From Candidatus Omnitrophota bacterium (GTDB lineage: Bacteria; Omnitrophota; Gorgyraeia; Zapsychrales; JAHFFX01): a stretch of DNA of 64,000 nucleotides. Each line of letters begins with the position of its first letter. Positions within the stretch are counted from its first letter, which is position 1. The position numbers were made by a program, and so were the translations under genes. The notes under the pieces are model-generated. The model was not told where the DNA came from. It saw nothing but the letters and a program-made list of their open reading frames with translations, and did no database searches. Below are positions 1 to 8,722 of this stretch, piece by piece. The stretch covers positions 1,031 through 65,030 of the forward strand of contig JAHFFW010000013.1 in assembly GCA_023247725.1 (NCBI GenBank). The letters are read 5' to 3'.

Positions 1-219
1 TTCAAACTCTAAAAGTATCCTTTCTTTAATAACATTATAGTGTTCTTGCGAAATGATCATCTCTCGCTTTTTTCGATTAAGGGCAGAAACGATTTCTGGT
101 AAGCATAGGATACTGACAAGCACTCGTTCCGCTCTCAAACAAAGCCTTTCAACTTTTTGGCTGCCGGATTCCTCTAAATAACGTTTGGCCAAGGCTGAAC
201 TGTCAAAGAAGACATTCAT
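1..219 (-). CDS. vapC: PIN-domain (VapC-type) toxin, runs off the window edge
   Basis: Manual translation MNVFFDSSALAKRYLEESGSQKVERL...EIVSALNRKKRE is a typical PIN N-terminus; ATGA overlap with the upstream antitoxin stop; not in the ORF track. Confidence 0.85.
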   Translation of the reverse strand, partial: MNVFFDSSALAKRYLEESGSQKVERLCLRAERVLVSILCLPEIVSALNRKKREMIISQEHYNVIKERILLEFE

Positions 220-440
220 CGATCTTGACGGCGTTCCTCAAGAATGGCTTGGCTTAAAGAAACTTCGGGGATTTTCAGTCGAAGCGCTTTGGTGTGCCAA
301 ACCGGCTCCTTTCTCATTGCAGGGAGAATCCTGGCGATGATTTTTCCGTGCCTTTTAACGCACACTGTTTCGCCTTTTTCCACTGCCGCAAAATAAGCCT
401 TAGCATTCTGTCGGAATACCGTAAAATTGACTGTAACCAT
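216..440 (-). CDS. Phd/YefM-family antitoxin
   Basis: MVTVNFTVFRQNAKAYFAAVEKGETVCVKRHGKIIARILP fits the Phd fold; GGAGGG RBS before ATG at 440; coupled to the PIN toxin. Confidence 0.85.
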   Translation of the reverse strand: MVTVNFTVFRQNAKAYFAAVEKGETVCVKRHGKIIARILPAMRKEPVWHTKALRLKIPEVSLSQAILEERRQDR

Positions 441-463
441 TGCCCCTCCCGTTGACTGACTAA

Positions 464-506
464 CAATGTACAAAAAGAGTGTACATTGTGAAAGCAATTA
501 AGTCAA
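464..506 (-). promoter_or_regulatory. sigma70 promoter with overlapping palindromic TA operator
   Basis: TTGACT-N17-TACACT on the minus strand; inverted repeat CAATGTACA-N7-TGTACATTG (464-488) overlaps the -10. Confidence 0.7.
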
Positions 507-530
507 TTTAGAATTTTAAAGACCATTGGC

Positions 531-989
531 TTAAACCCAAAACCTTGCCAATGCCAGCGCCGCCTGCATGGTGAGATTCGTGTACAAGCCGGCCAGCAAA
601 TCATCCAGCATGACCCCCGCCCCGCCCGAAATATTTTCCAACCGATCGATGGGATAAATCTTGAACATATCAAAAGCCCGGAAAAGAAAAAAACCGGTGA
701 ACATCACATCCCACGTGAAGGGCAAATAAAAAAAGGCGAGCAGGATCCCGGCGACTTCATCGATGACAATCAAGGAAGGATCCTTGCGGTTCAAATTCTT
801 TTCGACAACGTCCGAACTGACGAATCCGACGAGCGTAACCGTCAGGAAAACGACAATGGATAAGGCTTTCGCTGGCGCCAAAAAATACGCCAGAACCAAT
901 CCGATCACACTCGCCGCGCTTCCCGGACAAAGCGGAAAATATCCGACGCCAAAAAAGGTCGCGAACGCCTGCGCTAGCTTAAGAGGCAT
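531..989 (-). CDS. pgpA: phosphatidylglycerophosphatase A
   Basis: DPSLIVIDEVAG, FRAFDMFKIYPI and GVMLDDLLAG motifs. Confidence 0.93.
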   Translation of the reverse strand: MPLKLAQAFATFFGVGYFPLCPGSAASVIGLVLAYFLAPAKALSIVVFLTVTLVGFVSSDVVEKNLNRKDPSLIVIDEVAGILLAFFYLPFTWDVMFTGFFLFRAFDMFKIYPIDRLENISGGAGVMLDDLLAGLYTNLTMQAALALARFWV

Positions 990-1557
990 GGAGGAGTTTT
1001 CGATTATTCCAAAGGTAAGAAAGCCCGGAAATGAGCGTCAAAGACACCGTCGCCAGCATGAGGAGCTCGATGCCGCAGCGCCACCAGGATTCCATCTGGG
1101 GCGTCCAGGAATGATAGGAGGTCAGATATTCCTTCATTAAAATAAAAATAAGGATAACGAAGATCGCGACCACCTGCGAAACGGTTTTGTGCTTTCCGGC
1201 GCGTTCGGCCGCCAGGACCTTGCCCTTCGTCAAGGCAAAGATCCGCAGCCCCGTGATCACGATCTCGCGGCCCAGAATCAAAACGACCATCCAATCGGCC
1301 ACAAGGTGCATGCGCACGAAGGCCAGAAAGGCGGCGAGGATGAGGAATTTATCGGCAATCGGGTCCATCAATTTGCCGAAATCGCTGACCTGCTGGTATT
1401 TTTTGGCGATGTAACCGTCCAAGAAGTCCGTCAAACTCGCCAGGGTGAAAATCAAGGTTGCAATCGTGGCGGGGATAAAACCTTCCCGGGAAATGAAATA
1501 CATGAAGATGAAGGTGAGGATGATGCGGGCAATCGTGAGTTGATTAGGAAAGGTCAC
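979..1557 (-). CDS. pgsA: CDP-diacylglycerol--glycerol-3-phosphate 3-phosphatidyltransferase
   Basis: PNQLTIAR; TDFLDGYIAK...FGKLMDPIADK CDP-alcohol phosphotransferase motif. Confidence 0.95.
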   Translation of the reverse strand: MTFPNQLTIARIILTFIFMYFISREGFIPATIATLIFTLASLTDFLDGYIAKKYQQVSDFGKLMDPIADKFLILAAFLAFVRMHLVADWMVVLILGREIVITGLRIFALTKGKVLAAERAGKHKTVSQVVAIFVILIFILMKEYLTSYHSWTPQMESWWRCGIELLMLATVSLTLISGLSYLWNNRKLLHAS

Positions 1558-1608
1558 GTTGGATCTTGTAGAGCTACAAGCCGGTTACGTTTTTTGGTAC
1601 GAAAGAAT

Positions 1609-2919
1609 TTATTTTGTCTCGACAACCCGCCCGGTCAAATCGTACTCGAAGGCGTCGGTCACCTCCACCATTGTGAAGTCACCGATGGTTAAAGATTTTT
1701 GGCTGTGCACATACACCAAACCATCGACCTCCGGAGCGTCATACTGGGTCCGACCCAGGTAAAGCCCGTCGCTGTTTCTTTGCTTTTCTTCAATGAGGAC
1801 CCTCAGGCGCCGTCCCAAAAAACCCTCCTGCACTTTTTGGGCAATCAATTTTTGTTCGGACATGAGCCGGTCGAGCCGTTGTTTCTTGATTCTTTCCGGG
1901 ACCTGGTTCGGATAAAAATAAGCCGGCGTCCCTTCTTCCCGCGAGTAAACAAAGACGCCGACGCGTTCAATCCGCATCTGGCGAACGAAGCTCACCAATT
2001 CGTCAAATTCTGCATCCGTCTCTCCGGGAAATCCGACAATGAAGGTCGTCCGCAGACTTGCTTGCGGAATTTGACGACGGATTTTGGTCAACAAATCAAT
2101 AGTCGCCTGTTTGGTGATCCCGCGATTCATGGCGGTCAGAATCCGGTCATTGATGTGCTGCAGAGGCAAATCAATGTAAGGGCAAATTTTCGGAACGCTT
2201 GCCATCACCTCGATCAACTCATCATCCATATGAGCGGGAAAGGCGTAGAGCAAACGAATCCATTCGATATTCTTCGTCGCCGCGGCGATCTCTTTGAGCA
2301 GGGCGGCTAACGATTTCTTCCGGTAAAGATCCATGCCGTAGGCCGTGATATCCTGGCCGATGATATTAATTTCCTTAACACCCTTTTCGTCCAGGGCCTT
2401 CACCTCGGCGACCACGGTCTCCAGCGAACGCGACGAAAACTTTCCTTTGATTTTGGGAATGGCGCAGAAGCTGCATTGATTAAAACAGCTTTCACAAATC
2501 TTGACGTAGGCGAAATGCCTCGGCGTCAAATAGACCTGCGCCGGAATTTGATCCTTGGTAAAGGCGGGCGTTCCCACAAAGGCATCAACGTCTTTGAATT
2601 CCTGGGCAAGCTCTGTGCCGAATCGCTGCGCCAGACAACCGGCGACAATAATCTTCTTCAGCTTGCCGGACTTCTTGAGATCAATGAGATCCAAAATACA
2701 ATCGACCGATTCCCGACGGGCTTCTTCCACAAAGGAACAGGTATTGACGATCGCCACATCGCAGTCCTTGACTTCAACCAGGCGATGGCCGTTTTTCTTT
2801 AAGCGGCCAAGAATGGCCTGCGAATCGACAAGATTACGGGCGCAGCCCAGGTTGATCATCCCGACCCTGGAACCTTGGGACTTGCGTTCATTGAGAAAAT
2901 CGTGTGTTGTTCGGATCAT
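1609..2919 (-). CDS. rimO: ribosomal protein S12 methylthiotransferase (radical SAM, MiaB-like)
   Basis: LGCARNLVDS, NTCSFVEEAR, CFNQCSFC, DAPEVDG TRAM domain; canonical rodZ-rimO-pgsA context. Confidence 0.9.
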   Translation of the reverse strand: MIRTTHDFLNERKSQGSRVGMINLGCARNLVDSQAILGRLKKNGHRLVEVKDCDVAIVNTCSFVEEARRESVDCILDLIDLKKSGKLKKIIVAGCLAQRFGTELAQEFKDVDAFVGTPAFTKDQIPAQVYLTPRHFAYVKICESCFNQCSFCAIPKIKGKFSSRSLETVVAEVKALDEKGVKEINIIGQDITAYGMDLYRKKSLAALLKEIAAATKNIEWIRLLYAFPAHMDDELIEVMASVPKICPYIDLPLQHINDRILTAMNRGITKQATIDLLTKIRRQIPQASLRTTFIVGFPGETDAEFDELVSFVRQMRIERVGVFVYSREEGTPAYFYPNQVPERIKKQRLDRLMSEQKLIAQKVQEGFLGRRLRVLIEEKQRNSDGLYLGRTQYDAPEVDGLVYVHSQKSLTIGDFTMVEVTDAFEYDLTGRVVETK

Positions 2920-3890
2920 TTTTTAACCGACAATCCGTCTTTGGTCACAATCACTTTCTTCGCGGCCCGGTCTTCGCGACCGAGCGAGCCAAGAAGTTTG
3001 CCGTTGAGTTCAAATTCCAGTTGATAGATGCTCTTCCCGGAAATTTCAATCGAATCATTGGCATTCCAAGCCTCGGCCATTCCTTTTTTGAGGATCGATT
3101 GAAAGACCACGACGCCGTCCTCCCGGACCTGCAACCAGGTATTTTTCTTCGCTTTGACGGTCAAGAGAATCTTCTTGTGCGTCTTGGCCACAATGCCCAT
3201 CGGTACCGGGACTGCAACCGCCGGGGTGACGGCGGGAACCGCCGCACTCGGGGCTGGGGCCTTTGGTTGTTCAACGATCTTGGGAGCTGCTATGGGAATC
3301 GGCGAAGTGCCGACTGCGGCCGGCGGGACAACCGACTTTAAAATCTTTTCCTTTGACTCAGCAGCGGCCGATTCTTTTTTCGCCTTCTGTGCCTCGCGGC
3401 GGATGTTCTTTTCCACCTTGACCGTATTCGATTTGCGGAACGGAATTTTGGAAACCAAGAAAAACACGAATTTTAAAAGCAGCAGAACCGCGACAAAACC
3501 GATGGCCCCGCGAATCAATAAATCGGGTTTGGGGATGGTGAAATTTTTGCGGTATTTCTTGACGGAAAGCTGCGCGATGGGTGCACCGGTCCCACCCGAC
3601 CCACCCACCGATTGCTCTTTTCTCGGCGCTTCAATTTTCTTTTCTGTCTCCAGATATTGATCCGGCAGTTCTTCCTTGATCTGGCTTAAATCGACTCCCA
3701 GATACTGGGCATACATTTTCAAAAAGCCTTTGTAGTAAAAGGGCGCCAGCGTCCGAATCTTATAACCCTCTTCAATGGCCTTCAAGACATCCAAAGGGAT
3801 CTTGGTTCCTTCGTGAACCGATTGCAGCGAGATCCCCCGCTGTTCGCGGGTGCTTTTCAAACGTTTGGCCTGGGCGCTAGGTTGTTCCAT
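2916..3890 (-). CDS. rodZ: RodZ-like protein (HTH, TM, DUF4115)
   Basis: N-terminal HTH (YYKGFLKMYAQYLG), single TM, C-terminal TWLQVREDG domain. Confidence 0.85.
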   Translation of the reverse strand: MEQPSAQAKRLKSTREQRGISLQSVHEGTKIPLDVLKAIEEGYKIRTLAPFYYKGFLKMYAQYLGVDLSQIKEELPDQYLETEKKIEAPRKEQSVGGSGGTGAPIAQLSVKKYRKNFTIPKPDLLIRGAIGFVAVLLLLKFVFFLVSKIPFRKSNTVKVEKNIRREAQKAKKESAAAESKEKILKSVVPPAAVGTSPIPIAAPKIVEQPKAPAPSAAVPAVTPAVAVPVPMGIVAKTHKKILLTVKAKKNTWLQVREDGVVVFQSILKKGMAEAWNANDSIEISGKSIYQLEFELNGKLLGSLGREDRAAKKVIVTKDGLSVKK

Positions 3891-6159
3891 CTTTTTTATT
3901 GGGATTCATGTTCTGGATGAGCCATTCTTCCCGATTGACCAGAATGTCGCGGGGTTTGCTGCCCACATACGGACCCACAAGGCCATTTTGCTCCATAAGA
4001 TCAATGAGCCGTGCCGCACGAGTATACCCTAAACGCATCCTTCTCTGCAAGATGGAGACCGAGGCCTGATTGGTTTCCATGACCAGGCGCACGGCCTCGT
4101 CATACAATTCATCCTTCTCGCCGCTGAGGCCGGCGGCCGCACCGGGTTGGGTATTGAGAATCGAATCATCGTAGGCCGGATTTTGCTGGGTCTTGATGAA
4201 ATCAATGACCTTCTGGATCTCTTGGTCGGTCACAAAACTGCATTGTCCGCGAATCGGTTTAGGGTCCCCCGGGCGCATAAAGAGCATGTCCCCTTTTCCG
4301 ACGAGGTTTTCCGCTCCGTTCATATCCAGCACCGTGCGCGAATCCACCTTGGAAGCAACCTTGAAAGAAATCCGCGCCGGGAAATTCGCCTTGATGACAC
4401 CGGTGATGACGTCCACCGACGGCCGCTGAGTCGCCAGAATGAGATGAATACCGACCGCCCGCGAAAGCTGGGCCAAACGGGTGATGGAACTTTCCACTTG
4501 CTTCGCCGCGACTTGCATGAGATCCGCCAGCTCATCAATGATGACGACAATATAGGGAAGCTTCTGGCCTTTCTCATGATAGCCTTTGATATGGCGAACA
4601 CCGGTCTCTTTAAAAAGCGCGTAACGCGATTCCATTTCGCTTACGACCCAGTTAAGGGCCGCGGAAACCTTTTTGGCATCGGTCACCGCCGGGCATAAGG
4701 CGTGAGGCAATTCGTTGTAGACGGTCAATTCCACCATCTTTGGATCGACCATGAGGAATTTCAATTCTTCCGGCGAGGCGTTAAATAGCATGGACATGAT
4801 GATTCCGTTGACGCAGACGGTTTTCCCTGAACCGGTCGTCCCGGCGATCAACAAATGCGGCATCTCGGCCAAGTCCGAAATAAGCGGCTTGCCGGCGATG
4901 TCTTTGCCCAAAGCGAGCATGAGCCTGGAGCCGGATTTGCGGAATTCACTTTCCGCCAAGACATCTTTTAAGAAAACCGAACTGCTCGAGCCGTTCGGGA
5001 TTTCAATCCCGACACGATTTTTTCCCGGAATGGGGGCCTGGATGCGAACGGTCTGTGCGCGCATGGCCAGGGCGATATCATCGGTGAGGGTGGTGATTTT
5101 TCCGACCTTGACTCCGGGAGCGGGTTCCAATTCGTAACGGGTGATAACCGGACCGCGTTCGACATGATCGACATTGACCGAAACTCCGAAATCCCGCAGC
5201 GTTTCTTCGAGAACGCGCGCGCCATTTTCGAGATCAGCCTGGAGCTTGCTACTCGATAAGACCGGCGGATCGTCCAATAGATCCAAAGGCGGCAAACGGT
5301 ATTGCCCGACGACGGCAGACACAAGCGATTCTTTGGGTTTTTCTTTTTTCGCAGTCTCTTCGGTTTGGACGTTCGCGATCTTGATTTGCGGCAAGGAGGG
5401 CTTTCTCTCCGGTTGCGCAAGTGAGGACGGCACAGTTGGTTTAAAAACCGGGGCTTCCTTTTTGCGTTCGAAGATTTTTTCCTCCGGTTGTTCCCGCAAT
5501 GGCGCAGGCAGAGGTTTTCGTAAAGGCTTCAATGGTGTGACCGGAGCTTCCTTGGCCCGGAGAGGACGTTCCTTCAGCGTAAAGACTTTCCCTTTTTCCT
5601 CCTGCAGTTTTTGTCCAAGAGCGCCAAAAACACCTTTGAATACATCCGGGACCTTAAACAACAAAGGCGAAATCAAAAATTCGCCAATGAGGATCGTGGT
5701 CAAAAGCGCTAACGTCACTAAAATAATGAACGATCCCGTCCGCCCCAAATACTGCACCAAAAAGTCCGAAATGATGAATCCCACGAATCCCGAACGGTCA
5801 AAGCGCAGGGAATTCGTCTGCGAACCGATCATGCTAAAAAGCGCGCTCAAAACGCAGAAAAGCACGACGAAGCTGACGAATTTCGAGAAGGTAAAATTAA
5901 GATCCCGCGAGGCGAGCTTGTTCCAGCTCCAGAATAAAAGAAACACGACGACCGCATAAGCGCTGTAGCCGAAAACGAATAACAGGGTTCCGGCGACGCC
6001 AGCACCGCAGATACGGATCAGATTATGCGCGGGGACATTCGGTTGGGAAGTAAACCACGCGAGGTCTTCGGGATCGAATGAAATAAGGCTGGCCAAGATG
6101 ATCAAGCCCGCCGCCAGGACGATAATTGCCTTTATTTCATTGAGGTGTTGCTGCTTCAT
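3877..6159 (-). CDS. ftsK: DNA translocase FtsK
   Basis: 4-TM N-terminus, AGTTGSGKT, LATQRPSVDVITG, gamma domain LQRRMRLGYTRAARL. Confidence 0.97.
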   Translation of the reverse strand: MKQQHLNEIKAIIVLAAGLIILASLISFDPEDLAWFTSQPNVPAHNLIRICGAGVAGTLLFVFGYSAYAVVVFLLFWSWNKLASRDLNFTFSKFVSFVVLFCVLSALFSMIGSQTNSLRFDRSGFVGFIISDFLVQYLGRTGSFIILVTLALLTTILIGEFLISPLLFKVPDVFKGVFGALGQKLQEEKGKVFTLKERPLRAKEAPVTPLKPLRKPLPAPLREQPEEKIFERKKEAPVFKPTVPSSLAQPERKPSLPQIKIANVQTEETAKKEKPKESLVSAVVGQYRLPPLDLLDDPPVLSSSKLQADLENGARVLEETLRDFGVSVNVDHVERGPVITRYELEPAPGVKVGKITTLTDDIALAMRAQTVRIQAPIPGKNRVGIEIPNGSSSSVFLKDVLAESEFRKSGSRLMLALGKDIAGKPLISDLAEMPHLLIAGTTGSGKTVCVNGIIMSMLFNASPEELKFLMVDPKMVELTVYNELPHALCPAVTDAKKVSAALNWVVSEMESRYALFKETGVRHIKGYHEKGQKLPYIVVIIDELADLMQVAAKQVESSITRLAQLSRAVGIHLILATQRPSVDVITGVIKANFPARISFKVASKVDSRTVLDMNGAENLVGKGDMLFMRPGDPKPIRGQCSFVTDQEIQKVIDFIKTQQNPAYDDSILNTQPGAAAGLSGEKDELYDEAVRLVMETNQASVSILQRRMRLGYTRAARLIDLMEQNGLVGPYVGSKPRDILVNREEWLIQNMNPNKKDGTT

Positions 6160-6162
6160 GCG

Positions 6163-8268
6163 TCATTCGGCTTGCTTTTTGCTTAAATTCATCCGTTTCA
6201 ATTGATCGATTTCAATCAACTTCACTTTGAATTCATCGCCGACTTTTACCGCTTGACTCGCATCTTTGACGTATTTATCGGAGAGTTCGGAGACATGCAC
6301 GAGCCCTTCCCGGCCCGGGAGAAATTCCACGAAGGCGCCAAAATTCATAACGCGGGTGACCTTGGCCGGATAGGTTTTCCCCACAACCGGATCTTCGGTC
6401 ATGGAGTTGATGATCTTGACCGCCTTTTCCACGGCATCCTTATTGGGAGAAGCGACTGTCACCTTGCCGTCGTCGTCAATGTCAATCGAGGCCACCCCGG
6501 TCTCTTCAATGATTTTGCGGATCATTTTACCGCCGGGGCCGATGATTTCTCCGATCTTCTCGGTATTGACCTTGATCGTGACAATCCGCGGGGCATAGGT
6601 CGAGAGTTCATGGCGGGGCATGGAAATCGCGGCATGCATCTTATCCAGAATAAAAAAGCGGGCTTCCTTCGCCTGCTGCAAACCTTTCTCCAAAAGTTTG
6701 AGGCTGATACTTTTGATCTTTAAATCCAGTTGAATCGCCGTCACGCCTTTTCTGGTTCCAGCGATCTTGTAATCCATGTCACCGAAATGATCTTCGACAC
6801 CCATGATGTCGGTCAAAAGAATCGAATCGGCTTCATTCTCGGCGGAAATAAGCCCAATCGAAATCCCGGCCACCGCCCCTTTGATCGGGACACCGGCATC
6901 CATGAGGCTCAAGGTCGAGGCGCAGACCGTGGCCATGCTCGAGGATCCATTCGATTCCAAAATTTCCGAAACCACCCGGATCGTATAAGGAAATTCATCT
7001 TTCGACGGCAGAATCGGCTCAATTGACTTAGCGGCCAAGGCCCCGTGACCAATTTCTCTTCTTCCGGGACCACGCATAGGTTTGGTCTCTCCCACGCTAA
7101 AAGAAGGGAAATTATAATGCAGCATGAAGGATTTGTAAGATTTCCCCTCCAGGGCCTCAATCATTTGCTCGTCGAGGCGGGTTCCCAAAGTCGTCACCGC
7201 GAGGCTCTGGGTCTGACCGCGGGTGAATAAACTCGAACCGTGTGTGCGCGGAAGCACGTTCACCTCGCAGCTAATGGGACGAATATCTTTAAAGCCCCGT
7301 CCATCGCTGCGGCGTTTTTCTTCGAAGGCGATGCGCCGGACTTCTTCGTATTCAATTTTTTCCAGGGCCAGCTTGATATCGCTGGGAGTGATTTCACTGC
7401 CTTCTCTTTGAAATTCGGCAAAGACCGTTAAATCTTTGGTCAGGTCATCCAGCAATTCATTAAGGGCTCCCTCTCGCTCTTCTTTCTGGGGGTAACGATA
7501 GACTTCCCGCAGGCGGCTGGAGGCCATGTCTTTGACTTTCGCCACGAAATCTTCCGGAAGCAATTTGATTTGGATTTCGGCCTTCTTTTTGCCGACGGAC
7601 TTGACCAATTCCTTTTGAATAACAGCGATGGGCAGGATCGCATCATAGGCAAAATGCATGGCCTCTATGATTTTTTCTTCGGGAATTTCTTTCGCTTCCC
7701 CTTCCATCATGATGATGCCTTCGGAATGACCCACCACCGTCAAGTCCAAAGGACTATCTTCGCGTTCTTTATAAGTGGGATTGATGACGAACTGACCATT
7801 GACCATTCCAACGCGCACAGCCCCAAGAGGAGTATTGAAGGGAATGTCCGAAACGACCAACGCGGCGGAAGCCCCCACGAGCGCCAGCACATCCGGATCG
7901 TATTCTCCGTCGGAACTCAAAACCGAGGCCACGACCTGAACCTCATGGTACATTCCTTCCGGAAATAATGGCCGGATGGGACGATCAATGACCCGGGCCG
8001 AAAGAATTTCTTTTTCCGTCGGGCGGCCTTCGCGTTTAAAAAATCCGCCGGGGATACGGCCGGCGGCATAGGTCTTTTCTTGATATTCAACCATTAAAGG
8101 AAAAAAATCCGTCCCCACTTTTGGTCGGGGAGACATACAAGCGGTGACCAGGACGACCGTCCCCCCGCAGGTTACGGTCACGGCGCCGTTGGCTTGTTTC
8201 GCCAATTTGCCACTTTCAATAATTAGATTCTGGGCCCCATAGGGTATTTCTACTCGCCCTAAGTTCAT
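6163..8268 (-). CDS. pnp: polyribonucleotide nucleotidyltransferase
   Basis: GRIPGGFFKREGRP, RREIGHG, ESNGSSSMA, KH and S1 domains. Confidence 0.98.
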   Translation of the reverse strand: MNLGRVEIPYGAQNLIIESGKLAKQANGAVTVTCGGTVVLVTACMSPRPKVGTDFFPLMVEYQEKTYAAGRIPGGFFKREGRPTEKEILSARVIDRPIRPLFPEGMYHEVQVVASVLSSDGEYDPDVLALVGASAALVVSDIPFNTPLGAVRVGMVNGQFVINPTYKEREDSPLDLTVVGHSEGIIMMEGEAKEIPEEKIIEAMHFAYDAILPIAVIQKELVKSVGKKKAEIQIKLLPEDFVAKVKDMASSRLREVYRYPQKEEREGALNELLDDLTKDLTVFAEFQREGSEITPSDIKLALEKIEYEEVRRIAFEEKRRSDGRGFKDIRPISCEVNVLPRTHGSSLFTRGQTQSLAVTTLGTRLDEQMIEALEGKSYKSFMLHYNFPSFSVGETKPMRGPGRREIGHGALAAKSIEPILPSKDEFPYTIRVVSEILESNGSSSMATVCASTLSLMDAGVPIKGAVAGISIGLISAENEADSILLTDIMGVEDHFGDMDYKIAGTRKGVTAIQLDLKIKSISLKLLEKGLQQAKEARFFILDKMHAAISMPRHELSTYAPRIVTIKVNTEKIGEIIGPGGKMIRKIIEETGVASIDIDDDGKVTVASPNKDAVEKAVKIINSMTEDPVVGKTYPAKVTRVMNFGAFVEFLPGREGLVHVSELSDKYVKDASQAVKVGDEFKVKLIEIDQLKRMNLSKKQAE

Positions 8269-8278
8269 ACTCTCAACC

Positions 8279-8548
8279 TCATTTACGCAAATTCAATTTG
8301 TTGATGGTTTCTTCGTATTTCTGGGGATCAGACTTCTTTAGGTGGGCTAAAAGACGTCTCCTCTTGCCAATCATGACGAGCAGTCCGCGGCGAGAGTGAA
8401 AATCCTTACGGTGATTTTTGAAATGGTCGGACAGGTAATTGATCTTTTCGGTCAATAACGCGATCTGGACCGTCGAAGATCCGGTGTCTTTGGAATGAAC
8501 CTTGAATTGATCGATGACTTCCGTTTTCTTTTCCTTGAGCAATGACAA
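8279..8548 (-). CDS. rpsO: 30S ribosomal protein S15
   Basis: [23 protein letters not shown]. Confidence 0.98.
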   Translation of the reverse strand: MSLLKEKKTEVIDQFKVHSKDTGSSTVQIALLTEKINYLSDHFKNHRKDFHSRRGLLVMIGKRRRLLAHLKKSDPQKYEETINKLNLRK

Positions 8549-8607
8549 TGCGAGGTCCCTTCTATCTCCAAAACGTCTGATCGATTCTTTTTTTTAGAAC
8601 AGGCGCT

Positions 8608-8636
8608 ATTATAACCTTTGGGTTTAGCTTCGTCAA
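8608..8636 (-). promoter_or_regulatory. sigma70 promoter of the rpsO-pnp operon
   Basis: TTGACG-N17-TATAAT on the minus strand. Confidence 0.75.
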
Positions 8637-8722
8637 GTTTTAAGAATTCCCGAGAGCAAAAGCCCATCCCATTGGTCCTTGGAAGACGCCTTCTTAGAAA
8701 TTTTTCGAATGGGCGCCAAGGC